DNA of 64,000 nucleotides from the human T2T-CHM13v2.0 reference genome, Homo sapiens, in NCBI RefSeq assembly GCF_009914755.1, contig NC_060943.1; one strand, 5' to 3'. Made by a program: the position numbers and the translations under genes. Positions 11,606 to 26,036 of the stretch are shown in pieces. Below the pieces are notes generated by a model. It did no database searches, was not told the origin of the DNA, and saw only the letters and a program-made list of their open reading frames with translations. Within the stretch, counting starts at the first letter, position 1. Each line of letters starts with the position of its first letter.

Positions 11606-13569
11606 GGATTTCTTCATATTCTGCTAGACAGAAGAATTCTCAGTAACTTCCTTGTGTTGTGTGTATTCAACTCACAGAGTTGAACGATCCTTTACACAGA
11701 GCAGACTTGAAACACTCTTTTTGTGGAATTTGCAAGTGGAGATTTCAGCCGCTTTGAGGTTAATGGTAGAATAGGAAATATCTTCCTATAGAAACTAGAC
11801 AGAATGATTCTCAGAAACTCCTTTGTGATGTGTGCGTTCAACTCACAGAGTTTAACCTTTCTTTTCATAGAGCAGTTAGGAAACACTCTGTTTGTAAAGT
11901 CTGCAAGTGGATATTCAGACATCCTTGAGGCTTTCGTTGGAAACGGGATTTCTTCATATTCTGCTAGAAAGAAGAATTCTCAGTAACTTCCTTGTGTTGT
12001 GTGTATTCAACTCACAGAGTTGAACGATCCTTTACACAGAGCAGACTTGAAACACTCTTTTTGTGGAATTTGCAAGTGGAGATTTCAGCCGCTTTGAGTT
12101 CAATGGTAGAATAGGAAATATCTTCCTATAGAAACTAGACAGAATGATTCTCAGAAACTCCTTTGTGATGTGTGCGTTCAACTCACAGAGTTCAACCTTT
12201 CTTTTCATAGAGCAGTTGGGAAACACTCTGTTTGTAAAGTCTGCAAGTGGATATTCAGACTTCTTTGAGGCCTTCGTTGGAAGCGGGATTTCTTCATATT
12301 CTGCTAGACAGAAGAATTCTCAGAAACTTCCTTGTGTTGTGTGTTTTCAACTCACAGAGTTGAACGATCCTTTACACAGAGCAGACTTGAAACACTCCTT
12401 TTGTGGAATTTGCAAGTGGAGATTTCAGCCGCTTTGAGGTCAATGGTAGAATAGGAAATATCTTCCTATAGAAAGTAGACAGAATGATTCTCAGAAACTC
12501 CTTTGTGATGTGTGCGTTCAACTCACAGAGTTTAACCTTTCTTTTCATAGAGCAGTTAGGAAACACTCTGTTTGTAAAGTCTGCAAGTGGATATTCAGAC
12601 CTCCTTGAGGCCTTCGTTGGAAACGGGATTTCTTCATATTCTGCTAGACAGAAGAATTCTCAGTAACTTCCTTGTGTTGGGTGTATTCAACTCACAGAGT
12701 TGAACGATCCTTTACACAGAGCAGACTTGAAACACTCTTTTTGTGGAATTTGCAAGTGGAGATTTCAGCCGCTTTGAGGTCAATGGTAGAATAGGAAATA
12801 TCTTCCTATAGAAACTAGACAGAATGATTCTCAGAAACTCCTTTGTGATGTGTGCGTTCAACTCACAGAGTTTAACCTTTCTTTTCATAGAGCAGTTAGG
12901 AAACACTCTGTTTGTAAAGTCTGCAAGTGGATATTCAGACATCCTTGAGGCTTTCGTTGTAAACGGGATTTCTTCATATTCTGCTAGAAAGAAGAATTCT
13001 CAGTAACTTCCTTGTGTTGTGTGTATTCAACTCACAGAGTTGAACGATCCTTTACACAGAGCAGACTTGAAACACTCCTTTTGTGGAATTTGCAAGTGGA
13101 GATTTCAGCCGCTTTGAGGTCAATGGTAGAATAGGAAATATCTTCCTATAGAAACTAGACAGAATGATTCTCAGAAACTCCTTTGTGATGTGTGCGTTCA
13201 ACTCACAGAGTTTAACCTTTCTTTTCATAGAGCAGTTGGGAAACACTCTGTTTGTAAAGTCTGCAAGTGGATATTCAGACATCCTTGAGGCTTTCGTTGG
13301 AAACGGGATTTCTTCATATTCTGCTAGAAAGAAGAATTCTCAGTAACTTCCTTGTGTTGTGTGTATTCAACTCAGAGTTGAACGATCCTTTACACAGAGC
13401 AGACTTGAAACACTCTTTTTGTGGAATTTGCAAGTGGAGATTTCAGCCGCTTTGAGGTCAATGGTAGAATAGGAAATATCTTCCTATAGAAACTAGACAG
13501 AATGATTCTCAGAAACTCCTTTGTGATGTGTGCGTTCAACTCACAGAGTTCAACCTTTCTTTTCATAGA

Positions 13570-16500
13570 GCAGTTGGGAAACACTCTGTTTGTAAAGTCT
13601 GCAAGTGGATATTCAGACTTCTTTGAGGCCTTCGTTGGAAGCGGGATTTCTTCATATTCTGCTAGACAGAAGAATTCTCAGTAACTGCCTTGTGTTGTGT
13701 GTATTCAACTCACAGAGTTGAACGATCCTTTACACAGAGCAGACTTGAAACACTCTTTTTGTGGAATTTGCAAGTGGAGATTTCAGCCGCTTTGAGTTCA
13801 ATGGTAGAATAGGAAATATCTTCCTATAGAAACTAGACAGAATGATTCTCAGAAACTCCTTTGTGATGTGTGCGTTCAACTCACAGAGTTTACCCTTTCT
13901 TTTCATAGAGCAGTTAGGAAACACTCTGTTTGTAAAGTCTGCAAGTGGATATTCAGACATCCTTGAGGCTTTCGTTGGAAACGGGATTTCTTCATATTCT
14001 GCCAGAAAGAAGAATTCTCAGTAACTTCCTTGTGTTGTGTGTATTCAACTCACAGAGTTGAACGATCCTTTACACAGAGCAGACTTGAAACACTCTTTTT
14101 GTGGAATTTGCAAGTGGAGATTTCAGCCGCTTTGAGTTCAATGGTAGAATAGGAAATATCTTCCTATAGAAACTAGACAGAATGATTCTCAGAAACTCCT
14201 TTGTGATGTGTGCGTTCAACTCACAGAGTTTAACCTTTCTTTTCATAGAGCAGTTAGGAAACACTCTGTTTGTAAAGTCTGCAAGTGGATATTCAGACAT
14301 CCTTGAGGCTTTCGTTGGAAACGGGATTTCTTCATATTCTGCTAGAAAGAAGAATTCTCAGTAACTTCCTTGTGTTGTGTGTATTCAACTCACAGAGTTG
14401 AACGATCCTTTACACAGAGCAGACTTGAAACACTCTTTTTGTGGAATTTGCAAGTGGAGATTTCAGCCGCTTTGAGGTCAATGGTAGAATAGGAAATATC
14501 TTCCTATAGAAACTAGACAGAATGATTCTCAGAAACTCCTTTGTGATGTGTGCGTTCAACTCACAGAGTTTAACCTTTCTTTTCATAGAGCAGTTAGGAA
14601 ACACTCTGTTTGTAAAGTCTGCAAGTGGATATTCAGACATCCTTGAGGCTTTCGTTGGAAACGGGATTTCTTCATATTCTGCTAGAAAGAAGAATTCTCA
14701 GTAACTTCCTTGTGTTGTGTGTATTCAACTCACAGAGTTGAACGATCCTTTACACAGAGCAGACTTGAAACACTCCTTTTGTGGAATTTGCAAGTGGAGA
14801 TTTCAGCCGCTTTGAGGTCAATGGTAGAATAGGAAATATCTTCCTATAGAAACTAGACAGAATGATTCTCAGAAACTCCTTTGTGATGTGTGCGTTCAAC
14901 TCACAGAGTTTAACCTTTCTTTTCATAGAGCAGTTAGGAAACACTCTGTTTGTAAAGTCTGCAAGTGGATATTCAGACATCCTTGAGGCTTTCGTTGGAA
15001 ACGGGATTTCTTCATATTCTGCTAGAAAGAAGAATTCTCAGTAACTTCCTTGTGTTGTGTGTATTCAACTCACCGAGTTGCACGATCCTTTACACAGAGC
15101 AGACTTGAAACACTCTTTTTGTGGAATTTGCAAGTGGAGATTTCAGCCGCTTTGAGGTCAATGGTAGAATAGGAAATATCTTCCTATAGAAACTAGACAG
15201 AATGATTCTCAGAAACTTCTTTGTGATGTGTGCGTTCAACTCACAGAGTTTAACCTTTCTTTTCATAGAGCAGTTAGGAAACACTCTGTTTGTAAAGTCT
15301 GCAAGTGGATATTCAGACCTCCTTGAGGCCTTCGTTGGAAGCGGGATTTCTTCATGTTCTGCTAGACAGAAGAATTCTCAGAAACTTCCTTGTGTTGTGT
15401 GTTTTCAACTCACAGAGTTGAACGATCCTTTACACAGAGCAGACTTGAAACACTCCTTTTGTGGAATTTGCAAGTGGAGATTTCAGCCGCTTTGAGGTCA
15501 ATGGTAGAATAGGAAATATCTTCCTATAGAAAGTAGACAGAATGATTCTCAGAAACTCCTTTGTGATGTGTGCGTTCAACTCACAGAGTTTAACCTTTCT
15601 TTTCATAGAGCAGTTAGGAAACACTCTGTCTGTAAAGTCTGCAAGTGGATATTCAGACCTCCTTGAGGCCTTCGTTGGAAGCGGGATTTCTTCATGTTCT
15701 GCTAGACAGAAGAATTCTCAGAAACTTCCTTGTGTTGTGTGTTTTCAACTCACAGAGTTGAACGATCCTTTACACAGAGCAGACTTGAAACACTCTTTTT
15801 GTGGAATTTGCAAGTGGAGATTTCAGCCGCTTTGAGTTCAATGGTAGAATAGGAAATATCTTCCTATAGAAACTAGACAGAATGATTCTCAGAAACTCCT
15901 TTGTGATGTGTGCGTTCAACTCACAGAGTTCAACCTTTCTTTCCATAGAGCAGTTGGGAAACACTCTGTTTGTAAAGTCTGCAAGTGGATATTCAGACTT
16001 CTTTGAGGCCTTCGTTGGAAGCGGGATTTCTTCATATTCTGCTAGACAGAAGAATTCTCAGTAACTGCCTTGTGTTGTGTGTATTCAACTCACAGAGTTG
16101 AACGATCCTTTACACAGAGCAGACTTGAAACACTCTTTTTGTGGAATTTGCAAGTGGAGATTTCAGCCGCTTTGAGTTCAATGGTAGAATAGGAAATATC
16201 TTCCTATAGAAACTAGACAGAATGATTCTCAGAAACTCCTTTGTGATGTGTGCGTTCAACTCACAGAGTTCAACCTTTCTTTTCATAGAGCAGTTGGGAA
16301 ACACTCTGTTTGTAAAGTCTGCAAGTGGATATTCAGACTTCTTTGAGGCCTTCGTTGGAAGCGGGATTTCTTCATATTCTGCTAGACAGAAGAATTCTCA
16401 GTAACTGCCTTGTGTTGTGTGTATTCAACTCACAGAGTTGAACGATCCTTTACACAGAGCAGACTTGAAACACTCTTTTTGTGGAATTTGCAAGTGGAGA

Positions 16501-19500
16501 TTTCAGCCGCTTTGAGGTCAATGGTAGAATAGGAAATATCTTCCTATAGAAACTAGACAGAATGATTCTCAGAAACTCCTTTGTGATGTGTGCGTTCAAC
16601 TCACAGAGTTTACCCTTTCTTTTCATAGAGCAGTTAGGAAACACTCTGTTTGTAAAGTCTGCAAGTGGATATTCAGACATCCTTGAGGCTTTCGTTGGAA
16701 ACGGGATTTCTTCATATTCTGCCAGAAAGAAGAATTCTCAGTAACTTCCTTGTGTTGTGTGTATTCAACTCACAGAGTTGAACGATCCTTTACACAGAGC
16801 AGACTTGAAACACTCTTTTTGTGGAATTTGCAAGTGGAGATTTCAGCCGCTTTGAGGTCAATGGTAGAATAGGAAATATCTTCCTATAGAAACTAGACAG
16901 AATGATTCTCAGAAACTCCTTTGTGATGTGTGCGTTCAACTCACAGAGTTTAACCTTTCTTTTCATAGAGCAGTTAGGAAACACTCTGTTTGTACAGTCT
17001 GCAAGTGGATATTCAGACATCCTTGAGGCTTTCGTTGGAAACGGGATTTCTTCATATTCTGCTAGAAAGAAGAATTCTCAGTAACTTCCTTGTGTTGTGT
17101 GTATTCAACTCACAGAGTTGAACGATCCTTTACACAGAGCAGACTTGAAACACTCTTTTTGTGGAATTTGCAAGTGGAGATTTCAGCCGCTGTGAGGTCA
17201 ATGGTAGAATAGGAAATATCTTCCTATAGAAACTAGACAGAATGATTCTCAGAAACTCCTTTGTGATGTGTGCGTTCAACTAACAGAGTTTAACCTTTCT
17301 TTTCATAGAGCAGTTGGGAAACACTCTGTTTGTAAAGTCTGCAAGTGGATATTCAGACATCCTTGAGGCTTTCGTTGGAAACGGGATTTCTTCATATTCT
17401 GCTAGAAAGAAGAATTCTCAGTAACTTCCTCGTGTTGTGTGTATTCAACTCACAGAGTTGAACGATCCTTTACACAGAGCAGACTTGAAACACTCTTTTT
17501 GTGGAATTTGCAAGTGGAGATTTCAGCCGCTTTGAGGTCAATTGTAGAATAGGAAATATCTTCCTATAGAAACTAGACAGAATGATTCTCAGAAACTCCT
17601 TTGTGATGTGTGCGTTCAACTCACACAGTTTAACCTTTCTTTTCATAGAGCAGTTAGGAAACACTCTGTTTGTAAAGTCTGCAAGTGGATATTCAGACCT
17701 CCTTGAGGCCTTCGTTGGAAACGGGATTTCTTCATATTATGCTAGACAGAAGAATTCTCAGTAACTTCCTTGTGTTGTGTGTATACAACTCACAGAGTTG
17801 AACGATCCTTTACACAGAGCAGACTTGAGACACTCTTTTTGTGGAATTTGCAAGTGGAGATTTCAGCCGCTTTGAGTTCAATGGTAGAATAGGAAATATC
17901 TTCCTATAGAAACTAGACAGAATGATTCTCAGAAACTCCTTTGTGATGTGTGCGTTCAACTCACAGAGTTCAACCTTTCTTTTCATAGAGCAGTTGGGAA
18001 ACACTCTGTTTGTAAAGTCTGCAAGTGGATATTCAGACTTCTTTGAGGCCTTCGTTGGAAGCGGGATTTCTTCAAATTCTGCTAGACAGAAGAATTCTCA
18101 GAAACTTCCTTGTGTTGTGTGTTTTCAACTCACAGAGTTGAACGATCCTTTACACAGAGCAGACTTGAAACACTCCTTTTGTGGAATTTGCAAGTGGAGA
18201 TTTCAGCCGCTTTGAGGTCAATGGTAGAATAGGAAATATCTTCCTATAGAAAGTAGACAGAATGATTCTCAGAAACTCCTTTGTGATGTGTGCGTTCAAC
18301 TCACAGAGTTTAACCTTTCTTTTCATAGAGCAGTTAGGAAACACTCTGTTTGTAAAGTCTGCAAGTGGATATTCAGACCTCCTTGAGGCCTTCGTTGGAA
18401 ACGGGATTTCTTCATATTATGCTAGACAGAAGAATTCTCAGTAACTTCCTTGTGTTGTGTGTATTCAACTCACAGAGTTGAACGATCCTTTACACAGAGC
18501 AGACTTGAAAAACTCTTTTTGTGGAATTTGCAAGTGGAGATTTCAGCCGCTTTGAGTTCAATGGTAGAATAGGAAATATCTTCCTATAGAAACTAGACAG
18601 AATGATTCTCAGAAACTCCTTTGTGATGTGTGCGTTCAACTCACAGAGTTCAACCTTTCTTTTCATAGAGCAGTTGGGAAACACTCTGTTTGTAAAGTCT
18701 GCAAGTGGATATTCAGACTTCTTTGAGGACTTCGTTGAAAGCGGGATTTCTTCATATTCTGCTAGACAGAAGAATTCTCAGTAACTTCCTTGTGTTGTGT
18801 GTATTCAACTCACAGAGTTGAACGATCCTTTACACAGAGCAGACTTGAAACACTCTTTTTGTGGAATTTGCAAGTGGAGATTTCAGCCGCTTTGAGGTCA
18901 ATGGTAGAATAGGAAATATCTTCCTATAGAAACTAGACAGAATGATTCTCAGAAACTCCTTTGTGATGTGTGCGTTCAACTCACAGAGTTTAACCTTTCT
19001 TTTCATAGAGCAGTTAGGAAACACTCTGTTTGTAAAGTCTGCAAGTGGATATTCAGACATCCTTGAGGCTTTCGTTGGAAACGGGATTTCTTCATATTCT
19101 GCTAGAAAGAAGAATTCTCAGTAACTTCCTTGTGTTGTGTGTATTCAACTCACAGAGTTGAACGATCCTTTACACAGAGCAGACTTGAAACACTCCTTTT
19201 GTGGAATTTGCAAGTGGAGATTTCAGCCGCTTTGAGGTCAAAGGTAGAATAGGAAATATCTTCCTATAGAAACTAGACAGAATGATTCTCAGAAACTCCT
19301 TTGTGATGTGTGCGTTCAACTCACAGAGTTTAACCTTTCTTTTCATAGAGCAGTTGGGAAACACTCTGTTTGTAAAGTCTGCAAGTGGATATTCAGACTT
19401 CTTTGAGGCTTTCGTTGGAAACGGGATTTCTTCATATTCTGCTAGAAAGAAGAATTCTCAGTAACTTCCTTGTGTTGTGTGTATTCAACTCACAGAGTTG

Positions 19501-22500
19501 CACGATCCTTTACACAGAGCAGACTTGAAACACTCTTTTTGTGGAATTTGCAAGTGGAGATTTCAGCCGCTTTGAGGTCAATGGTAGAATAGGAAATATC
19601 TTCCTATAGAAACTAGACAGAATGATTCTCAGAAACTCCTTTGTGATGTGTGTGTTCAACTCACAGAGTTCAACCTTTCTTTTCATTGAGCAGTTGGGAA
19701 ACACTCTGTTTGTAAAGTCTGCAAGTGGATATTCAGACTTCTTTGAGGCCTTCGTTGGAAGCGGGATTTCTTCATATTCTGCTAGACAGAAGAATTCTCA
19801 GTAACTGCCTTGTGTTGTGTGTATTCAACTCACAGAGTTGAACGATCCTTTACACAGAGCAGACTTGAAACACTCTTTTTGTGGAATTTGCAAGTGGAGA
19901 TTTCAGCCGCTTTGAGTTCAATGGTAGAATAGGAAATATCTTCCTATAGAAACTAGACAGAATGATTCTCAGAAACTCCTTTGTGATGTGTGCGTTCAAC
20001 TCACAGAGTTTACCCTTTCTTTTCATAGAGCAGTTAGGAAACACTCTGTTTGTAAAGTCTGCAAGTGGATATTCAGACATCCTTGAGGCTTTCGTTGGAA
20101 ACGGGATTTCTTCATATTCTGCCAGAAAGAAGAATTCTCAGTAACTTCCTTGTGTTGTGTGTATTCAACTCACAGAGTTGAACGATCCTTTACACAGAGC
20201 AGACTTGAAACACTCTTTTTGTGGAATTTGCAAGTGGAGATTTCAGCCGCTTTGAGTTCAATGGTAGAATAGGAAATATCTTCCTATAGAAACTAGACAG
20301 AATGATTCTCAGAAACTCCTTTGTGATGTGTGCGTTCAACTCACAGAGTTTAACCTTTCTTTTCATAGAGCAGTTAGGAAACACTCTGTTTGTAAAGTCT
20401 GCAAGTGGATATTCAGACATCCTTGAGGCTTTCGTTGGAAACGGGATTTCTTCATATTCTGCTAGAAAGAAGAATTCTCAGTAACTTCCTTGTGTTGTGT
20501 GTATTCAACTCACAGAGTTGAACGATCCTTTACACAGAGCAGACTTGAAACACTCTTTTTGTGGAATTTGCAAGTGGAGATTTCAGCCGCTTTGAGGTCA
20601 ATGGTAGAATAGGAAATATCTTCCTATAGAAACTAGACAGAATGATTCTCAGAAACTCCTTTGTGATGTGTGCGTTCAACTCACAGAGTTTAACCTTTCT
20701 TTTCATAGAGCAGTTAGGAAACACTCTGTTTGTAAAGTCTGCAAGTGGATATTCAGACATCCTTGAGGCTTTCGTTGGAAACGGGATTTCTTCATATTCT
20801 GCTAGAAAGAAGAATTCTCAGTAACTTCCTTGTGTTGTGTGTATTCAACTCACAGAGTTGAACGATCCTTTACACAGAGCAGACTTGAAACACTCCTTTT
20901 GTGGAATTTGCAAGTGGAGATTTCAGCCGCTTTGAGGTCAATGGTAGAATAGGAAATATCTTCCTATAGAAACTAGACAGAATGATTCTCAGAAACTCCT
21001 TTGTGATGTGTGCGTTCAACTCACAGAGTTTAACCTTTCTTTTCATAGAGCAGTTAGGAAACACTCTGTTTGTAAAGTCTGCAAGTGGATATTCAGACAT
21101 CCTTGAGGCTTTCGTTGGAAACGGGATTTCTTCATATTCTGCTAGAAAGAAGAATTCTCAGTAACTTCCTTGTGTTGTGTGTATTCAACTCACCGAGTTG
21201 CACGATCCTTTACACAGAGCAGACTTGAAACACTCTTTTTGTGGAATTTGCAAGTGGAGATTTCAGCCGCTTTGAGGTCAATGGTAGAATAGGAAATATC
21301 TTCCTATAGAAACTAGACAGAATGATTCTCAGAAACTTCTTTGTGATGTGTGCGTTCAACTCACAGAGTTTAACCTTTCTTTTCATAGAGCAGTTAGGAA
21401 ACACTCTGTTTGTAAAGTCTGCAAGTGGATATTCAGACCTCCTTGAGGCCTTCGTTGGAAGCGGGATTTCTTCATGTTCTGCTAGACAGAAGAATTCTCA
21501 GAAACTTCCTTGTGTTGTGTGTTTTCAACTCACAGAGTTGAACGATCCTTTACACAGAGCAGACTTGAAACACTCCTTTTGTGGAATTTGCAAGTGGAGA
21601 TTTCAGCCGCTTTGAGGTCAATGGTAGAATAGGAAATATCTTCCTATAGAAAGTAGACAGAATGATTCTCAGAAACTCCTTTGTGATGTGTGCGTTCAAC
21701 TCACAGAGTTTAACCTTTCTTTTCATAGAGCAGTTAGGAAACACTCTGTCTGTAAAGTCTGCAAGTGGATATTCAGACCTCCTTGAGGCCTTCGTTGGAA
21801 GCGGGATTTCTTCATGTTCTGCTAGACAGAAGAATTCTCAGAAACTTCCTTGTGTTGTGTGTTTTCAACTCACAGAGTTGAACGATCCTTTACACAGAGC
21901 AGACTTGAAACACTCTTTTTGTGGAATTTGCAAGTGGAGATTTCAGCCGCTTTGAGTTCAATGGTAGAATAGGAAATATCTTCCTATAGAAACTAGACAG
22001 AATGATTCTCAGAAACTCCTTTGTGATGTGTGCGTTCAACTCACAGAGTTCAACCTTTCTTTCCATAGAGCAGTTGGGAAACACTCTGTTTGTAAAGTCT
22101 GCAAGTGGATATTCAGACTTCTTTGAGGCCTTCGTTGGAAGCGGGATTTCTTCATATTCTGCTAGACAGAAGAATTCTCAGTAACTGCCTTGTGTTGTGT
22201 GTATTCAACTCACAGAGTTGAACGATCCTTTACACAGAGCAGACTTGAAACACTCTTTTTGTGGAATTTGCAAGTGGAGATTTCAGCCGCTTTGAGTTCA
22301 ATGGTAGAATAGGAAATATCTTCCTATAGAAACTAGACAGAATGATTCTCAGAAACTCCTTTGTGATGTGTGCGTTCAACTCACAGAGTTCAACCTTTCT
22401 TTTCATAGAGCAGTTGGGAAACACTCTGTTTGTAAAGTCTGCAAGTGGATATTCAGACTTCTTTGAGGCCTTCGTTGGAAGCGGGATTTCTTCATATTCT

Positions 22501-25500
22501 GCTAGACAGAAGAATTCTCAGTAACTGCCTTGTGTTGTGTGTATTCAACTCACAGAGTTGAACGATCCTTTACACAGAGCAGACTTGAAACACTCTTTTT
22601 GTGGAATTTGCAAGTGGAGATTTCAGCCGCTTTGAGGTCAATGGTAGAATAGGAAATATCTTCCTATAGAAACTAGACAGAATGATTCTCAGAAACTCCT
22701 TTGTGATGTGTGCGTTCAACTCACAGAGTTTACCCTTTCTTTTCATAGAGCAGTTAGGAAACACTCTGTTTGTAAAGTCTGCAAGTGGATATTCAGACAT
22801 CCTTGAGGCTTTCGTTGGAAACGGGATTTCTTCATATTCTGCCAGAAAGAAGAATTCTCAGTAACTTCCTTGTGTTGTGTGTATTCAACTCACAGAGTTG
22901 AACGATCCTTTACACAGAGCAGACTTGAAACACTCTTTTTGTGGAATTTGCAAGTGGAGATTTCAGCCGCTTTGAGGTCAATGGTAGAATAGGAAATATC
23001 TTCCTATAGAAACTAGACAGAATGATTCTCAGAAACTCCTTTGTGATGTGTGCGTTCAACTCACAGAGTTTAACCTTTCTTTTCATAGAGCAGTTAGGAA
23101 ACACTCTGTTTGTACAGTCTGCAAGTGGATATTCAGACATCCTTGAGGCTTTCGTTGGAAACGGGATTTCTTCATATTCTGCTAGAAAGAAGAATTCTCA
23201 GTAACTTCCTTGTGTTGTGTGTATTCAACTCACAGAGTTGAACGATCCTTTACACAGAGCAGACTTGAAACACTCTTTTTGTGGAATTTGCAAGTGGAGA
23301 TTTCAGCCGCTGTGAGGTCAATGGTAGAATAGGAAATATCTTCCTATAGAAACTAGACAGAATGATTCTCAGAAACTCCTTTGTGATGTGTGCGTTCAAC
23401 TAACAGAGTTTAACCTTTCTTTTCATAGAGCAGTTGGGAAACACTCTGTTTGTAAAGTCTGCAAGTGGATATTCAGACATCCTTGAGGCTTTCGTTGGAA
23501 ACGGGATTTCTTCATATTCTGCTAGAAAGAAGAATTCTCAGTAACTTCCTCGTGTTGTGTGTATTCAACTCACAGAGTTGAACGATCCTTTACACAGAGC
23601 AGACTTGAAACACTCTTTTTGTGGAATTTGCAAGTGGAGATTTCAGCCGCTTTGAGGTCAATTGTAGAATAGGAAATATCTTCCTATAGAAACTAGACAG
23701 AATGATTCTCAGAAACTCCTTTGTGATGTGTGCGTTCAACTCACACAGTTTAACCTTTCTTTTCATAGAGCAGTTAGGAAACACTCTGTTTGTAAAGTCT
23801 GCAAGTGGATATTCAGACCTCCTTGAGGCCTTCGTTGGAAACGGGATTTCTTCATATTATGCTAGACAGAAGAATTCTCAGTAACTTCCTTGTGTTGTGT
23901 GTATACAACTCACAGAGTTGAACGATCCTTTACACAGAGCAGACTTGAGACACTCTTTTTGTGGAATTTGCAAGTGGAGATTTCAGCCGCTTTGAGTTCA
24001 ATGGTAGAATAGGAAATATCTTCCTATAGAAACTAGACAGAATGATTCTCAGAAACTCCTTTGTGATGTGTGCGTTCAACTCACAGAGTTCAACCTTTCT
24101 TTTCATAGAGCAGTTGGGAAACACTCTGTTTGTAAAGTCTGCAAGTGGATATTCAGACTTCTTTGAGGCCTTCGTTGGAAGCGGGATTTCTTCAAATTCT
24201 GCTAGACAGAAGAATTCTCAGAAACTTCCTTGTGTTGTGTGTTTTCAACTCACAGAGTTGAACGATCCTTTACACAGAGCAGACTTGAAACACTCCTTTT
24301 GTGGAATTTGCAAGTGGAGATTTCAGCCGCTTTGAGGTCAATGGTAGAATAGGAAATATCTTCCTATAGAAAGTAGACAGAATGATTCTCAGAAACTCCT
24401 TTGTGATGTGTGCGTTCAACTCACAGAGTTTAACCTTTCTTTTCATAGAGCAGTTAGGAAACACTCTGTTTGTAAAGTCTGCAAGTGGATATTCAGACCT
24501 CCTTGAGGCCTTCGTTGGAAACGGGATTTCTTCATATTATGCTAGACAGAAGAATTCTCAGTAACTTCCTTGTGTTGTGTGTATTCAACTCACAGAGTTG
24601 AACGATCCTTTACACAGAGCAGACTTGAAACACTCTTTTTGTGGAATTTGCAAGTGGAGATTTCAGCCGCTTTGAGTTCAATGGTAGAATAGGAAATATC
24701 TTCCTATAGAAACTAGACAGAATGATTCTCAGAAACTCCTTTGTGATGTGTGCGTTCAACTCACAGAGTTCAACCTTTCTTTTCATAGAGCAGTTGGGAA
24801 ACACTCTGTTTGTAAAGTTTGCAAGTGGATATTCAGACTTCTTTGAGGCCTTCGTTGGAAGCGGGATTTCTTCATATTCTGCTAGACAGAAGAATTCTCA
24901 GTAACTTCCTTGTGTTGTGTGTATTCAACTCACAGAGTTGAACGATCCTTTACACAGAGCAGACTTGAAACACTCTTTTTGTGGAATTTGCAAGTGGAGA
25001 TTTCAGCCGCTTTGAGGTCAATGGTAGAATAGGAAATATCTTCCTATAGAAACTAGACAGAATGATTCTCAGAAACTCCTTTGTGATGTGTGCGTTCAAC
25101 TCACAGAGTTTAACCTTTCTTTTCATAGAGCAGTTAGGAAACACTCTGTTTGTAAAGTCTGCAAGTGGATATTCAGACATCCTTGAGGCTTTCGTTGGAA
25201 ACGGGATTTCTTCATATTCTGCTAGAAAGAAGAATTCTCAGTAACTTCCTTGTGTTGTGTGTATTCAACTCACAGAGTTGAACGATCCTTTACACAGAGC
25301 AGACTTGAAACACTCCTTTTGTGGAATTTGCAAGTGGAGATTTCAGCCGCTTTGAGGTCAAAGGTAGAATAGGAAATATCTTCCTATAGAAACTAGACAG
25401 AATGATTCTCAGAAACTCCTTTGTGATGTGTGCGTTCAACTCACAGAGTTTAACCTTTCTTTTCATAGAGCAGTTGGGAAACACTCTGTTTGTAAAGTCT

Positions 25501-26036
25501 GCAAGTGGATATTCAGACTTCTTTGAGGCTTTCGTTGGAAACGGGATTTCTTCATATTCTGCTAGAAAGAAGAATTCTCAGTAACTTCCTTGTGTTGTGT
25601 GTATTCAACTCACAGAGTTGCACGATCCTTTACACAGAGCAGACTTGAAACACTCTTTTTGTGGAATTTGCAAGTGGAGATTTCAGCCGCTTTGAGGTCA
25701 ATGGTAGAATAGGAAATATCTTCCTATAGAAACTAGACAGAATGATTCTCAGAAACTCCTTTGTGATGTGTGTGTTCAACTCACAGAGTTCAACCTTTCT
25801 TTTCATTGAGCAGTTGGGAAACACTCTGTTTGTAAAGTCTGCAAGTGGATATTCAGACTTCTTTGAGGCCTTCGTTGGAAGCGGGATTTCTTCATATTCT
25901 GCTAGACAGAAGAATTCTCAGTAACTGCCTTGTGTTGTGTGTATTCAACTCACAGAGTTGAACGATCCTTTACACAGAGCAGACTTGAAACACTCTTTTT
26001 GTGGAATTTGCAAGTGGAGATTTCAGCCGCTTTGAG
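13570..26036. repeat. Tandem duplication, period 6120 bp (18 dimers), two near-identical copies
   Basis: Rare variants recur at +6120: CACCGAG 15074/21194, CTGTCTG 15630/21750, TTCCATAG 15943/22063, AACTAAC 17282/23402, CCTCGTG 17431/23551, CAATTGT 17543/23663, TTGAGAC 17829/23949, TCAAATT 18075/24195. Confidence 0.95.

Noticed and set aside
12952-18746. CENP-B box variants TTCGTTGTAAAC (12960) and TTCGTTGAAAGC (18738), also 5488, 7528 and 51031, as box knockouts
   Set aside because: They alter positions outside the nine core bases of NTTCGNNNNANNCGGGN, so loss of binding is not supported.
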